Below, in pieces: positions 19,089 to 28,640 of a DNA stretch of 64,000 bases. The stretch's first letter is position 1. Every line of letters starts with the position of its first letter. Source of the DNA: Betaproteobacteria bacterium (GTDB lineage Bacteria > Pseudomonadota > Gammaproteobacteria > Burkholderiales > Usitatibacteraceae); contig JAEUMY010000001.1 in NCBI GenBank assembly GCA_016791265.1, forward strand, positions 32,882 through 96,881. The letters are read 5' to 3'. The notes below the pieces were generated by a model that saw only the letters and a list, made by a program, of their open reading frames with translations, did not search any database and had not been told where the DNA came from. A program made the translations under genes and the position numbers.

Positions 19089-20141
19089 ATGAACGCCGCC
19101 GTCGAAACCCCGCCCGCCACCACCTCCCGCGCCGTCCGCCTCCCCAGCGGCAACACCTTCCAGGTTGACGTCGGCGAGACCGTGCTCGCCGCCGCCATGC
19201 GTCAGAACATCGGGCTCCCCTACGGGTGCCGCAACGGCGCGTGCGGCTCATGCAAGGGCACCATCGTGTCAGGTGAGGTGGACTACGGCGCATATCAGGC
19301 GCGCACGCTCACTGATGCGGAAAAGGCGCAGGGCAAGGCGCTTTTCTGCTGCGCCAAACCCAAAACCGATCTTGTGCTCGATGTGCGTGAAATCAGCGCG
19401 GGCGACATTCAGGTTCGCACGTTGCCCTGCCGCGTCGAGAAGATCGACAAACTCGCGCACGATGTCGTGGCGCTGAAACTCCGGCTGCCAGCCAACGAGC
19501 GCCTGCAATTTCGCGCCGGGCAGTACATCGACATTCTCTTGAAAGACGGCAAGCGACGCAGCTTCTCCATGGCCAACGCGCCGCATGCCGACGAGTTCAT
19601 CGAGCTGCACATTCGCGCCGTTCCCGGGGGCACGTTCTCGCAGCACGTCATGCACGAGATGAAGGAGCGCGCGATCCTCCGCTTCGAAGGCCCGCTGGGC
19701 AGCTTCTGCCTCAACGAGGATTCCGACAAGCCCATCATCTTCATGGCGGGCGGCACGGGCTTCGCGCCGATCAAGGCCATCATCGAGCATGCGCTGCACG
19801 CCCACATCGACCGCCAGATGGTGCTGTACTGGGGGGCTCGCTCGCTGCGCGATCTGTATCTGCCCGACCTGCCGGCAAAATGGCAACGCGAATATTCGCA
19901 TCTCACATTCATTCCCGTGCTGTCCGATCCGCTGCCCGAGGACCATTGGCAGGGTCGCACCGGGCTGGTCCATCAAGCCATCCTGGACGACTTCTCCGAC
20001 ATGGCGGGCTACGAGGTCTATGCCTGCGGCGCCCCCATCATGATCGAGGTGGGCCAGCGGGCATTTGCGGCGCGGGGCCTGCCGCCGGAAGCATTCTTCG
20101 CAGACTCGTTCACCTACGCCGCCGCACCCGCCGGCGTCTGA
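19089..20141 (+). CDS. 2Fe-2S ferredoxin / FNR-type NAD(P)H oxidoreductase (AscD/Fre-like)
   Basis: Plant-type cluster motif CRNGACGSCK...C, an FAD motif RSFSMA, and an NAD motif MAGGTGFAP. Confidence 0.85.
   Translation: MNAAVETPPATTSRAVRLPSGNTFQVDVGETVLAAAMRQNIGLPYGCRNGACGSCKGTIVSGEVDYGAYQARTLTDAEKAQGKALFCCAKPKTDLVLDVREISAGDIQVRTLPCRVEKIDKLAHDVVALKLRLPANERLQFRAGQYIDILLKDGKRRSFSMANAPHADEFIELHIRAVPGGTFSQHVMHEMKERAILRFEGPLGSFCLNEDSDKPIIFMAGGTGFAPIKAIIEHALHAHIDRQMVLYWGARSLRDLYLPDLPAKWQREYSHLTFIPVLSDPLPEDHWQGRTGLVHQAILDDFSDMAGYEVYACGAPIMIEVGQRAFAARGLPPEAFFADSFTYAAAPAGV
19888..19899. repeat. GCGAATATTCGC palindrome, copy 5
   Basis: Inside the ferredoxin-reductase gene, read as E-Y-S (QREYSHL). 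Confidence 0.95.
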
Positions 20142-20173
20142 TGCATTCCAGACTTTTTCTCAAGGAGCCCACC

Positions 20174-20674
20174 ATGATCAAGATTGGCGACACCCTGCCC
20201 GACGGCACACTCACCGAATTCATCGAAGAAGAGACCGCGGGCTGCACCATCGGCCCCAACAGCTTCAAGGTCGCCGACCTCGTGAAAGGCAAGAAGATTG
20301 TCGTCTTCGGCTTGCCGGGCGCCTTCACGCCAACCTGTTCAGCCAAACATGTGCCGGGCTACGTGCAGCAGCATGATGCGTTGAAGGCCAAGGGTGTGGA
20401 CGAAATCTGGTGCGTGTCGGTGAACGATGCCTTCGTCATGGGCGCTTGGGCCAAGGAGCAGAAGACGGCGGGCAAGGTCCGCATGCTGGGCGACGGCAGC
20501 GCCGCGTGGACCAAGGCGCTGGGGCTTGAGCTCGACCTGATCGCGCGAGGCATGGGCATCCGCATGCAGCGCTTCTCCATGCTGGTCGAGGACGGGCTGG
20601 TCAAGTCGTTCAATCTCGAAGGACCCGGCAAGTTCGAAGTCTCCGATGCCGACACCATGCTGAAACAGGTCTGA
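20174..20674 (+). CDS. peroxiredoxin (Prx5/AhpC-TSA type)
   Basis: Start at MIKIGDTLPDG. The peroxidatic site GLPGAFTPTCS is present. GGAG lies 8 nt upstream. Confidence 0.9.
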   Translation: MIKIGDTLPDGTLTEFIEEETAGCTIGPNSFKVADLVKGKKIVVFGLPGAFTPTCSAKHVPGYVQQHDALKAKGVDEIWCVSVNDAFVMGAWAKEQKTAGKVRMLGDGSAAWTKALGLELDLIARGMGIRMQRFSMLVEDGLVKSFNLEGPGKFEVSDADTMLKQV

Positions 20675-20707
20675 CGCTTCGTCGACAAACTCGCTACACC
20701 CGCGCTT

Positions 20708-20719
20708 GCGAATATTCGC
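20708..20719. repeat. GCGAATATTCGC palindrome, copy 6
   Basis: Intergenic, occupying -15..-4 relative to the argC ATG (20723). 14-bp form. Confidence 0.95.
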
Positions 20720-20722
20720 ACC

Positions 20723-21643
20723 ATGACCCGACCTTCCCTATTCATCGACGGCGAGCACGGCACCACTGGGCTGCTCATCCGCGAGCTGCTGGACGAACGC
20801 GCGGACATCGAAGTCATCAGCATCGCCCCCGAGAAGCGCAAGGACCTCTCCGAGAGAAAGCGGCTGCTCAATGCGGCGGACCTGGCCATCTTGTGTCTGC
20901 CGGATGACGCGGCGCGCGAGTCGGTGGCGATGATCGACAACCCGACGACACGCGTCATCGACGCCAGCACCGCTCATCGCGTGCATCCGGACTGGGTGTT
21001 CGGCTTCCCCGAAATGATGCCCGGTCAGGCTGAGAAGGTCGCGCACGCAAAGCGGGTCGCCAATCCCGGCTGCTGGTCAACCTGCTACATCGCGCTGGTG
21101 CGGCCGCTTGTGGACGCAGGCTTGATCCCGTCCGCTGCCGCGCTCACCTGCTGGGGCGTGTCCGGCTACTCGGGCGGTGGTCGGCAGATGATCGAGTCTT
21201 TTGAAGATCCGAAGACCGCGCGCAATTTCATCGGTTACGGCTTTGGCCTGAAGCACAAGCACCTTCCAGAGATGCAGCACTACAGCGGGCTCGACTTGCC
21301 GCCGCTCTTCACGCCGGCGGTGGGCCGGTATCGTCAGGGCATGCTGGTGCAGGTGCCGTTGCCGTCGGGTGTGCAGAAGGCGGGGACATCGGCGGCGGAT
21401 GTGTCGGCCTGCTGGCAACGGCACTATGCCGGCCAAGCGCATGTTGAAGTGCTGGTGTCCACCACGCCCCCGGCGGAATTGGACCCGGAAGCCTTGAATG
21501 GCACCAACCAGCTTCAGCTCTTCGTGTTTGACAATCCCGACCTTGCCCAGACTCTGCTCGTGGCCCGGCTGGACAACCTGGGCAAAGGGGCGGGCCGCGC
21601 CGCATTGCAGAACGCGTCCCTCATGCTGGGGCTGTCAGTCTGA
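20723..21643 (+). CDS. argC: N-acetyl-gamma-glutamyl-phosphate reductase (short ArgC type)
   Basis: 306 aa, [10 protein letters not shown]..., with the active-site sequence ANPGCWSTC. Confidence 0.9.
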   Translation: MTRPSLFIDGEHGTTGLLIRELLDERADIEVISIAPEKRKDLSERKRLLNAADLAILCLPDDAARESVAMIDNPTTRVIDASTAHRVHPDWVFGFPEMMPGQAEKVAHAKRVANPGCWSTCYIALVRPLVDAGLIPSAAALTCWGVSGYSGGGRQMIESFEDPKTARNFIGYGFGLKHKHLPEMQHYSGLDLPPLFTPAVGRYRQGMLVQVPLPSGVQKAGTSAADVSACWQRHYAGQAHVEVLVSTTPPAELDPEALNGTNQLQLFVFDNPDLAQTLLVARLDNLGKGAGRAALQNASLMLGLSV

Positions 21644-22969
21644 CGCGTTTTTAGCTGGTGCCACCTCCCCCAGGCGGAACCAGTCCACCTTGCGGGTCAG
21701 CACCATCACGGTCGCGAGCGCGGCGAAGAGCAGGAGCGTGCCCAGCACCAGCGCGTTGTCCTCCGACAACAGGAGCCCGTAGAGCGCAAGGTAGAGCAGG
21801 CCAAACAACGCGCCAAAGCCCAAGCCGCGGCGCCGACTGTTCAGCACATGGCTGATGTAGAAACTCATCAGCCCCACGCAGGCCACCGAGGCCGCAAGGT
21901 AGGCCGCGCCGAATGCCAGATGCTCCGACAGGCTCACGATGAGCAGGAAGAACACCGCGAGTGCCAGTCCCACCAAGCCATATTGCAATGGATGCATGGC
22001 GGCGCCTTTCAAAATTTCGATCAGGAAAAACGCGGCGAAGGTGAGAGCCACGAACAAGATGCCGTACTTCACTGCGCGTTCCGCCGTGAGGTAGATGTTC
22101 ACCGGCTCGATGAAGCGCACGCCGAAGTTCTCCAGCACCGGATTGGCGCTTTGGAGCAGCCGGTCGTTCTGGCTGGCGTAGTGAGTCACATCCCAGGTTG
22201 CGCGAAAGCCGGCGTCGCCGATGGTCTTGTCGACTGGCAGGAAGCTGCCTTGAAAGTTGGGATGCGGCCACGGCGAATGCAAGGTGACCTGCGTGCGCTG
22301 CCCCAGCGGGGCGAAGTTGAGCGCGCCGGTGCCGATCCAGTTCAACTTCACACTGGCTTCGATGGATTGCGTTTTCTCGTCCGGCCACTTGCCCACCGAT
22401 GCGTGCAAGCCGTTGGCGAGTCGGTCAAACCCGGTGCCGGGGTGTACCGTGAGGGCCGAGCCATTCCACGTCACTTCCGGCGCACCGATGATGCCGCGCG
22501 CGTCTGAAAGGCCAATGGCGATCCATGCGTCCAGCTGCTCCACCACTTCGCGTTTCAGCCCCGTTCCGAGCATGGCCGGCACCTCGAAGCGGAGCCGCCA
22601 CCGGCTTTCCGACTTCAACACCTGCGCCTTGTAGAGCCCCTTGAAGCGCGCGTCGGCGTCGGTGATCACTTCAAGTTTCGCCTCGATCGGCGTGAACATG
22701 GCCGTGCGGGTGACGGGTGTGGTGACCGTGCGATAGCGCTTCAACGGTTCGCTCCACGATTCCTCGGTCACCTGTTCGATGTAGCGAACGACGAGAAACG
22801 GCGTCGTGGCCGTTTGCGCATGCGCGGCGCTGGCCGCGATGGTCTGCTCCACCTCCATCTGCCGATGCTGGCGCGCGGAGATCAGGCCCTCGATCAGTTT
22901 GAGAGGGACAAGCAGGAGGAGGATGAGAACCCCGACGGAAAACAGTTTGAGCGCGAGAGACTTTTGCAT
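21635..22969 (-). CDS. creD: cell envelope integrity inner-membrane protein CreD
   Basis: Start at [24 protein letters not shown] large periplasmic loop is followed by about five C-terminal TM helices, which is the CreD topology. Confidence 0.8.
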   Translation of the reverse strand: MQKSLALKLFSVGVLILLLLVPLKLIEGLISARQHRQMEVEQTIAASAAHAQTATTPFLVVRYIEQVTEESWSEPLKRYRTVTTPVTRTAMFTPIEAKLEVITDADARFKGLYKAQVLKSESRWRLRFEVPAMLGTGLKREVVEQLDAWIAIGLSDARGIIGAPEVTWNGSALTVHPGTGFDRLANGLHASVGKWPDEKTQSIEASVKLNWIGTGALNFAPLGQRTQVTLHSPWPHPNFQGSFLPVDKTIGDAGFRATWDVTHYASQNDRLLQSANPVLENFGVRFIEPVNIYLTAERAVKYGILFVALTFAAFFLIEILKGAAMHPLQYGLVGLALAVFFLLIVSLSEHLAFGAAYLAASVACVGLMSFYISHVLNSRRRGLGFGALFGLLYLALYGLLLSEDNALVLGTLLLFAALATVMVLTRKVDWFRLGEVAPAKNASD

Positions 22970-23171
22970 GAGCGGGTCCGGTGACTGTGCGTTGAGCCGA
23001 GAGTTGATTCGAGGTCTCCTCCTCGCGTTCCCCAGCCCGCGGCTCGCAAGCGGCGGGCGCGATTCGGGCTGAAACGACACGCAGTTATCGTTTCAAGAAC
23101 CCCGGAATTGCCCCAGAGGGCGCCCGCCCGGGAGGAGAGACCGGGCGAGCGCCATGCTCCGAGAAGGTGGG

Positions 23172-23417
23172 CTATCGGGACTCGACAGCCTGGGGTGCGT
23201 TGGCCAGCGCGGCCTCAGCGTCATCGAAGTGCTGATGGCTCGCGACCAGCCAGACGACGAGCCCCGACACGATGCCGAACACGAGGCCGCTCGCGACGGC
23301 CACCAAGGCCATGCGCAGGAACTCGCGACCGCCACTTCTTGCCAATGTGACGGCGGGTTGGGTGACGGGCTCAGGACGGCGAAGGGTGCTTTTGATCGAG
23401 GCGATGCGAGCTTGCAT
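23172..23417 (-). CDS. small single-pass membrane protein (hypothetical)
   Basis: 81 aa with GC-rich third codon positions, GGAG 8 nt upstream of the ATG, and one TM helix (LVAVASGLVFGIVSGLVVWLV). I recognise no family. Confidence 0.45.
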   Translation of the reverse strand: MQARIASIKSTLRRPEPVTQPAVTLARSGGREFLRMALVAVASGLVFGIVSGLVVWLVASHQHFDDAEAALANAPQAVESR

Positions 23418-23459
23418 GGCAGTCTCCAGTGGTGTCGCGGGGGTGATGCCATTGAAGTC

Positions 23460-23520
23460 CCGAATTCGGTCCGAATGCGGGTGGACATTCGGGAAGAGTG
23501 ATTGCCGAATGTGGCCGAAT
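23460..23520. promoter_or_regulatory. cluster of CCGAAT / ATTCGG hexamers in divergent promoter region
   Basis: CCGAAT at 23460, 23471, 23505 and 23515, forming pairs spaced 11 and 10 bp. ATTCGG at 23464 and 23487. CCGAATTCGG at 23460-23469 is a 10-bp palindrome. Confidence 0.45.
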
Positions 23521-23592
23521 CATGACGCGGCGCGCACCGGTGCGAGCCCTTCCCGGCTTGCGGTTATAGTGCGGCGCATCACCCGCCCCATG

Positions 23593-23604
23593 GCGAATAT
23601 TCGC
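23593..23604. repeat. GCGAATATTCGC palindrome, copy 7
   Basis: Intergenic, 19 nt upstream of the response-regulator ATG and just before its GGAGAG SD. Confidence 0.95.
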
Positions 23605-23623
23605 AACGAGAACGGAGAGCAAC

Positions 23624-24313
23624 ATGGCAAAACGCGTGGCCCTGGTCGAGGACGACACCACCATCCGCGACAACATTTCCGATGCGCTGAAGAAGTATGG
23701 CTACGAGGTCCTGCCCTTCGACTCGCGCGCCGAGGCGATGGCCGTGCTGAAAACGCGCTTGCCCGACATGGCTCTCATCGACATCGGCCTGGGTGCGGAA
23801 GTGGATGGCGGCTTCACGCTCTGCCGCGATTTGCGCGCCCTGTCCGAGCAGCTTCCCATCATCATTCTCTCGGCGCGCGACAGCGATTTCGACATCGTCT
23901 CGGGCCTGCGCCTCGGCGCCGACGACTATCTCACCAAGGACACGAGTCTCCCGCATCTCATGGCCCGCATCGCGGCGCTGTTCCGCCGGGTCGACGCCTT
24001 CGGCGAGGCGCCGCGCAGCGAGGAGATCGTGGAGCGCGGCGAGCTTCGGCTTGACCTGAATCGCCTCGTGGCGACCTGGAAGGGCCAGCCCGTCGTGCTG
24101 ACCGTGACCGAGTTCTGGATGGTGCATGCGCTGGTCAAATTCGTCGGTCACGTGAAGAATCGCGACCAGTTGATGGGCGAGGCCGAGATGGTGGTGGACG
24201 ACAGCACCATCACGTCGCACATGAAGCGCATCCGCAAGAAATTCATCGCCGTCGATGCCGCGTTCGACGCCATCGAAACGGTGTACGGCATGGGTTACCG
24301 CTGGACGGCCTGA
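23624..24313 (+). CDS. OmpR/PhoB-family response regulator
   Basis: Receiver domain (VALVEDD...ALIDIGLG...) plus a winged-helix C-terminus (...TVYGMGYRW). GGAGAG SD at 23614-23619. Confidence 0.9.
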   Translation: MAKRVALVEDDTTIRDNISDALKKYGYEVLPFDSRAEAMAVLKTRLPDMALIDIGLGAEVDGGFTLCRDLRALSEQLPIIILSARDSDFDIVSGLRLGADDYLTKDTSLPHLMARIAALFRRVDAFGEAPRSEEIVERGELRLDLNRLVATWKGQPVVLTVTEFWMVHALVKFVGHVKNRDQLMGEAEMVVDDSTITSHMKRIRKKFIAVDAAFDAIETVYGMGYRWTA

Positions 24314-25945
24314 TTGAAGTTCCTGTTTTCCATTCGCGGCAAACTCCTCCTGGTCTCGTTGGCGCTCCTCGCGATTCCGGTGGTGGGCTATCGCTTCGTC
24401 ACCCACATGGAAGCCTTCCTGCGTGAAAGCCAGGAGGAGGCGCTGGTGGGCACCACGCGCGCGATCGCGGCGTCCCTGTCCGAGCGCCCCGGCCTTTTCA
24501 CGCGCCGCGATACGACGCCGGAGGATGCCGCCGAGCTGGAACGAAGGCAGATCGTCGCGCTCTTTGGCGGCTCCGACCCCGAGGCTGTGGCCACCCTGGG
24601 GGGCGCCTATCAGCCTTCGCCCGACATCGAGCGCACGCTGGAGCTGCTCGGCCGCAGCGCGGCACGCATCTGGGTGGTGGATTCGGCGTCCCGCGTCCGC
24701 GGGCTGTCGGGTTCGCTGAAGCCAAAGCGTGCGGAGGCCGCGAGCGAGGCGGCCGATGCCTATCGCCCGTTGAGTCGCGCGCTGGTCAGGCTGTTGCGAT
24801 TGCCCACCGGCGATGCCAAGGATGATCCGGAGCTCGGCCAGCGTGCGGTGATGGCCCAGGTGGATCGCGCGTTGATCGGCGCACCGTCGGCCGTGTGGCG
24901 CTACACCCGCGACCGCCAGGGCGTGGTGCTCTCCGCGGCCCAGCCGGTGTGGGCGGGCGATGACATCGTCGGCGCGGTGGTGGTGGAGGAAACCACCGGC
25001 GCCATCCAGCTATTGAAGCTTGAAGCGCTGGAAAATCTCCTCACCATCACGCTCATCGTGTTCATCGCGGGTTTCGTCACGCTCATCCTGTTCGCGTGGC
25101 GGCTGGCCGCGCGGGTGCGCACGCTCGGGCGCGCCGCCGACGCCGCCATCGACGCCCAGGGCCGCATCCGCGGCGACTTGGCGCCGTCCGACGCGAGCGA
25201 CGAGCTGGGCGAACTCTCGCGCAATCTCGCCGCGACCGTGCGACGGCTGAAAGACTACAACCAGCATCTGGAGAGCTTGGCCGCGCGGCTGTCGCACGAG
25301 TTGCGCACCCCGGTCGCCGTGGTGCGCTCGTCACTCGACAATCTGAAGCTCCAGTCCGTGTCGCCGGAGGCCACGGTGTACATTGAGCGGGCCGACATCG
25401 GCGTGCAACGGCTATCGACTTTGATCGGGCGCCTTTCGGAGGCCACGCAGCTTGAGCGCTTCCTGCAAGGGACCGAGCGCGAGACGTTTGATCCGGGTGA
25501 AGTCATCGCCGGTTGCATCGAAGGTTATCGCGCGACATTCCCCTCGCGAATATTCGCATTCACCAACGAGGTCGCCGGGCCGACACTGGTCGGCGTGCCC
25601 GACGCCATCGCGCAGCTTCTGGACAAGCTCGTTGCCAACGCCATCGACTTTCACGTCGCCGGCACACCCATCGACATTCGGCTCGCCCGCGCTGGGCGCC
25701 ATCTCGTGCTCACCGTGAGCAACGAGGGGCCGCTCTTGCCAGCCGGTTCTTCGGCCACCTTGTTCTCATCCATGGTTTCTCATCGCGCGGGGGCCAGCGA
25801 AGAGGGCGGGCATTTGGGAATGGGGCTTTACATCGTGCGCCTGATCGCCGAGTACCACGGCGGATTTCCCGAAGCCGCCAATCGCGCCGATGGCCGCGGC
25901 GTCGAGATCCGGGTTTGGCTCTCGCCTGGCAGTGGCGCCGCGTGA
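24314..25945 (+). CDS. sensor histidine kinase (periplasmic sensor, HAMP, HisKA, HATPase)
   Basis: The TTG start abuts the regulator's stop codon. Two TM segments, the H-box LSHELRTPV, the N-box region, and the G-box GMGLYIV. Confidence 0.9.
   Translation: MKFLFSIRGKLLLVSLALLAIPVVGYRFVTHMEAFLRESQEEALVGTTRAIAASLSERPGLFTRRDTTPEDAAELERRQIVALFGGSDPEAVATLGGAYQPSPDIERTLELLGRSAARIWVVDSASRVRGLSGSLKPKRAEAASEAADAYRPLSRALVRLLRLPTGDAKDDPELGQRAVMAQVDRALIGAPSAVWRYTRDRQGVVLSAAQPVWAGDDIVGAVVVEETTGAIQLLKLEALENLLTITLIVFIAGFVTLILFAWRLAARVRTLGRAADAAIDAQGRIRGDLAPSDASDELGELSRNLAATVRRLKDYNQHLESLAARLSHELRTPVAVVRSSLDNLKLQSVSPEATVYIERADIGVQRLSTLIGRLSEATQLERFLQGTERETFDPGEVIAGCIEGYRATFPSRIFAFTNEVAGPTLVGVPDAIAQLLDKLVANAIDFHVAGTPIDIRLARAGRHLVLTVSNEGPLLPAGSSATLFSSMVSHRAGASEEGGHLGMGLYIVRLIAEYHGGFPEAANRADGRGVEIRVWLSPGSGAA
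25546..25557. repeat. GCGAATATTCGC palindrome, copy 8
   Basis: Inside the histidine kinase gene, read as R-I-F-A (PSRIFAFT). Confidence 0.95.
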
Positions 25946-26047
25946 CAGCAACCGTTTGCAATCACCGCGCGCCACACTCTGCTACATCCAGACGCACTCG
26001 ATTGGCCTACGCTGTCTCAAATTGCTTCGAAAGGGAGGGCGTCCACC

Positions 26048-26575
26048 ATGCGAATATTCGCGCTGATGTGCAGCACCATTTTCGGCGTTGCCGCGCTGGC
26101 TGAGGCGCAGACCGCATCGCCACCGCCGAAGCCCTGCACCGCGCCGGAGGCCCGGCAATTCGACTTCTGGTTGGGCGACTGGACCGCGCGCTTCGCCGGC
26201 GGTGACGGCAAGACGGTGACCGGCCGCAACACCGTCGGCACGCTGTACGACGGTTGCGTCATCGTCGAGCAATTCGACGGCGCGCCCGGCTCGCCGCTGA
26301 AGGGCATGAGCCACTCCGTCTACGACGGCAACGCCAAGCGCTGGAAGCAAACCTGGGTGGACAACAGCGGCGGCTACCTCGACTTCATCGGCGGCTGGGA
26401 AGGCGACCGCATGATTCTCACCCGCGAAACCGAGCGCAACGGCCAACGCTTTCAGCAGCGCATGGTGTGGTTCGACATCAGCCGTGAGGCCTTCAACTGG
26501 CACTGGGAGCGCTCCGATGACGGCGGCAAGACGTGGAAAGTGAACTGGCGCATCGCGTATCAGCGCAGGCAATAG
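26048..26575 (+). CDS. secreted protein of unknown function (DUF1579-like beta-barrel?)
   Basis: Signal peptide MRIFALMCSTIFGVAALAEAQ and GGGAGGG SD. The DUF family assignment is tentative. Confidence 0.6.
   Translation: MRIFALMCSTIFGVAALAEAQTASPPPKPCTAPEARQFDFWLGDWTARFAGGDGKTVTGRNTVGTLYDGCVIVEQFDGAPGSPLKGMSHSVYDGNAKRWKQTWVDNSGGYLDFIGGWEGDRMILTRETERNGQRFQQRMVWFDISREAFNWHWERSDDGGKTWKVNWRIAYQRRQ
26050..26061. repeat. GCGAATATTCGC palindrome, copy 9
   Basis: Overlaps a start codon: ATG CGA ATA TTC GCG gives MRIFA, the first residues of a signal peptide. Confidence 0.95.
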
Positions 26576-26739
26576 CGCCGGCACAGTCCGACAGCGGACG
26601 GCCATGATCGGCATGAAACCGTTGCAGACCGTCTGACACAACCCGCTATGCTCGTCACACTCGCAAGCAGCGCCGCCCGCCTTCGCGCCGCCCGCGACCG
26701 TCCCGCACCGCTGCCGTGCGCCACCGTGGTGTCCTCCCG

Positions 26740-27393
26740 ATGAGTCTGCAAACCTCCGTGCAAAGCGACCGCAATCCCTGGCTGGACATTCCCGCCACCG
26801 AGTATCAGGCGCACATGCAGTCGCCCGATGTCGCCCAGAGCGGCGTGTTGGCGGAGTTGTTCGGTATTGCGCTGCGCGCCGCGCAACCCGCCTCGATCCT
26901 GCTCTTGGGCTGCGGCACCGGCAACGGCTTGCAGCTCGTTGACGATCAGGTGACCAAAAGCGTGACCTGCATCGACATCAATCCGGCCTACCTGTCGGAG
27001 CTTGCGACGCGACTGCCCGCGCCCGGCCATGACCGGTCGTTGATCGAGATGGATTTGAACACGGGCGCGCTGCCGCCCGGCCCGTTCGATCTGGTGCATG
27101 CGCCGTTCGTGTTCGAATTTCTCGACTGGCGGCCGCTGGTGCCGAAAGTCGCCGCCGTGCTGGCGCCGGGCGGGCTCTTCACTGTCGTGATTCAGCGCGA
27201 AAGCCGCACCGTCGCCGCGCGCACGCCGACGCCGTACTTCACCCTGCGACGGCTTGACGCGCTGTTCAACTATGTCGATCCGCTGGATCTGGGCGCGGTC
27301 GCCATTGACAGTGGACTCACTCTGGCGGCCCAGCGCGACGTCATGCTGCCGCGGCAGAAGTCGTTCACCTTGCTGACGTTCAATCGCGTCTAA
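26740..27393 (+). CDS. class I SAM-dependent methyltransferase
   Basis: Motif I ILLLGCGTGNG. The start is the ATG at 26740 or the GTG at 26716. Confidence 0.75.
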   Translation: MSLQTSVQSDRNPWLDIPATEYQAHMQSPDVAQSGVLAELFGIALRAAQPASILLLGCGTGNGLQLVDDQVTKSVTCIDINPAYLSELATRLPAPGHDRSLIEMDLNTGALPPGPFDLVHAPFVFEFLDWRPLVPKVAAVLAPGGLFTVVIQRESRTVAARTPTPYFTLRRLDALFNYVDPLDLGAVAIDSGLTLAAQRDVMLPRQKSFTLLTFNRV

Positions 27394-27436
27394 GAGGGCC
27401 TTGCGGAGGTTGTGTGTCGCGCCCGCTCCGGGCGTC

Positions 27437-28639
27437 TCAGCCGGCCAGTTCAGCGCTTCGCCGGATATGCCGCGCCGCCTCTGCCGGTTTGCCGAGCCGC
27501 TCCATGAGATTGGCGAGTGTCATGTGCGCGTCCAATGTCGGCGCCAGCGCCACGCTCGCCTCGAGATAGCTCTGCGCCTTGCCCCACAGGCCCTGGCGCA
27601 TGCAAAGCTTGCCCAGCGCGAGCAGCAGCGACGCATCGCGGGCCTGCGCGCGCAACCACTTCTCCGCGCGCTCAATCTGCACCAGGGTCGCGTCGGCGCG
27701 GCAGTCCCCGTACATCCGGGCAAGCCCGCTGTCCCACGCGCCGCGATCCAGCGTCTCCTCGATCACCGCCGCCGCCTCGGGGCCCGCGCCCAGCTTGTTG
27801 AGCGCCCGCGCCACCGCGCCCGCGATATCCGCGTCAAAGCGTGAAGCGCCGTCCAGATCGCGCCAGAGCGCGAGCAGGCCATCGCGGCTGGCGGCATTCT
27901 CCTTGATGAGTTCCAGCTCCGCATGCTGGCGAATCTGCTGTGCGGCGAGGTCGGGCATGAGCCCGGTCTTCACCACGCGCTTCAGCGTGTCCAGCACGTT
28001 GGGCCACTGCCGCTCGGCCAGCTCCGCCTCCAGCTTCATCTTGAGTACGCCGGAATTTCTCGGGTCGGCCGCATTCAGGCGGCGGAGGATGGTCAGCGCT
28101 TCGGCGGCCTTGCCGTCAGCCAGCAACACGTAGGCCAGCGACGCATCGCGCATGCCGCCGGCTTCGGTGTCATTGGCGGCGGAGATTTCTTTCAAGTACG
28201 GCAGTGCCTGCGTGGGCTGACCGGACTCGAATGCAGCCCAGGCCGCGACCGTGGCACCCATCTCCCGCAGCTCCGCGCCCGCTTCGCGTTGCTCGGCCAG
28301 CCGACGCGCGGACTTCTCGGCCGCGTCGAAGCGGCCGGAAAAGAGCGCGCGCAGCGAGGTGAGCAAGTCCGCGCGCGCCGCGTCACGCGCCTTTTCCGCA
28401 TTCCACGCCGCGAGACGGCGCGGCGCTTGCCACGCGAGCCGTGCGGCACGGGTGAGGAGGTACAGCGTGATGAATCCCGCCACCAGCAACACCACCGCGA
28501 GGTTCAAGGACAACTCCGCCCGGTAGCCGGCCGCGACGATGACGACGTAACCTTCGCTGTACTTGCCCGCCAGGGCGATGCCCACGGCGAGAATGGCGAG
28601 GCCCAGGAGCCACAGCGTGGCGCGCAACGCGGCGCTCAT
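27437..28639 (-). CDS. hemY: HemY-like TPR membrane protein (heme biosynthesis-associated)
   Basis: HemY_N-type double TM N-terminus followed by TPR repeats. It is the last gene of the hemCDXY cluster. Confidence 0.85.
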   Translation of the reverse strand: MSAALRATLWLLGLAILAVGIALAGKYSEGYVVIVAAGYRAELSLNLAVVLLVAGFITLYLLTRAARLAWQAPRRLAAWNAEKARDAARADLLTSLRALFSGRFDAAEKSARRLAEQREAGAELREMGATVAAWAAFESGQPTQALPYLKEISAANDTEAGGMRDASLAYVLLADGKAAEALTILRRLNAADPRNSGVLKMKLEAELAERQWPNVLDTLKRVVKTGLMPDLAAQQIRQHAELELIKENAASRDGLLALWRDLDGASRFDADIAGAVARALNKLGAGPEAAAVIEETLDRGAWDSGLARMYGDCRADATLVQIERAEKWLRAQARDASLLLALGKLCMRQGLWGKAQSYLEASVALAPTLDAHMTLANLMERLGKPAEAARHIRRSAELAG

Positions 28640-28640
28640 G

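Noticed and set aside
23272-24054. 260-aa plus-strand ORF spanning the promoter region and half of the response-regulator gene
   Set aside because: It is out of frame with the bona fide regulator, crosses the intergenic CCGAAT cluster, and gives an Arg-rich nonsense translation.
23624-25945. Two-component system as CreBC, because creD is adjacent
   Set aside because: The pair is transcribed divergently from creD. The kinase has a different N-terminal sensor organisation and the regulator is not CreB-like in sequence. I therefore left it as a generic OmpR-family system.
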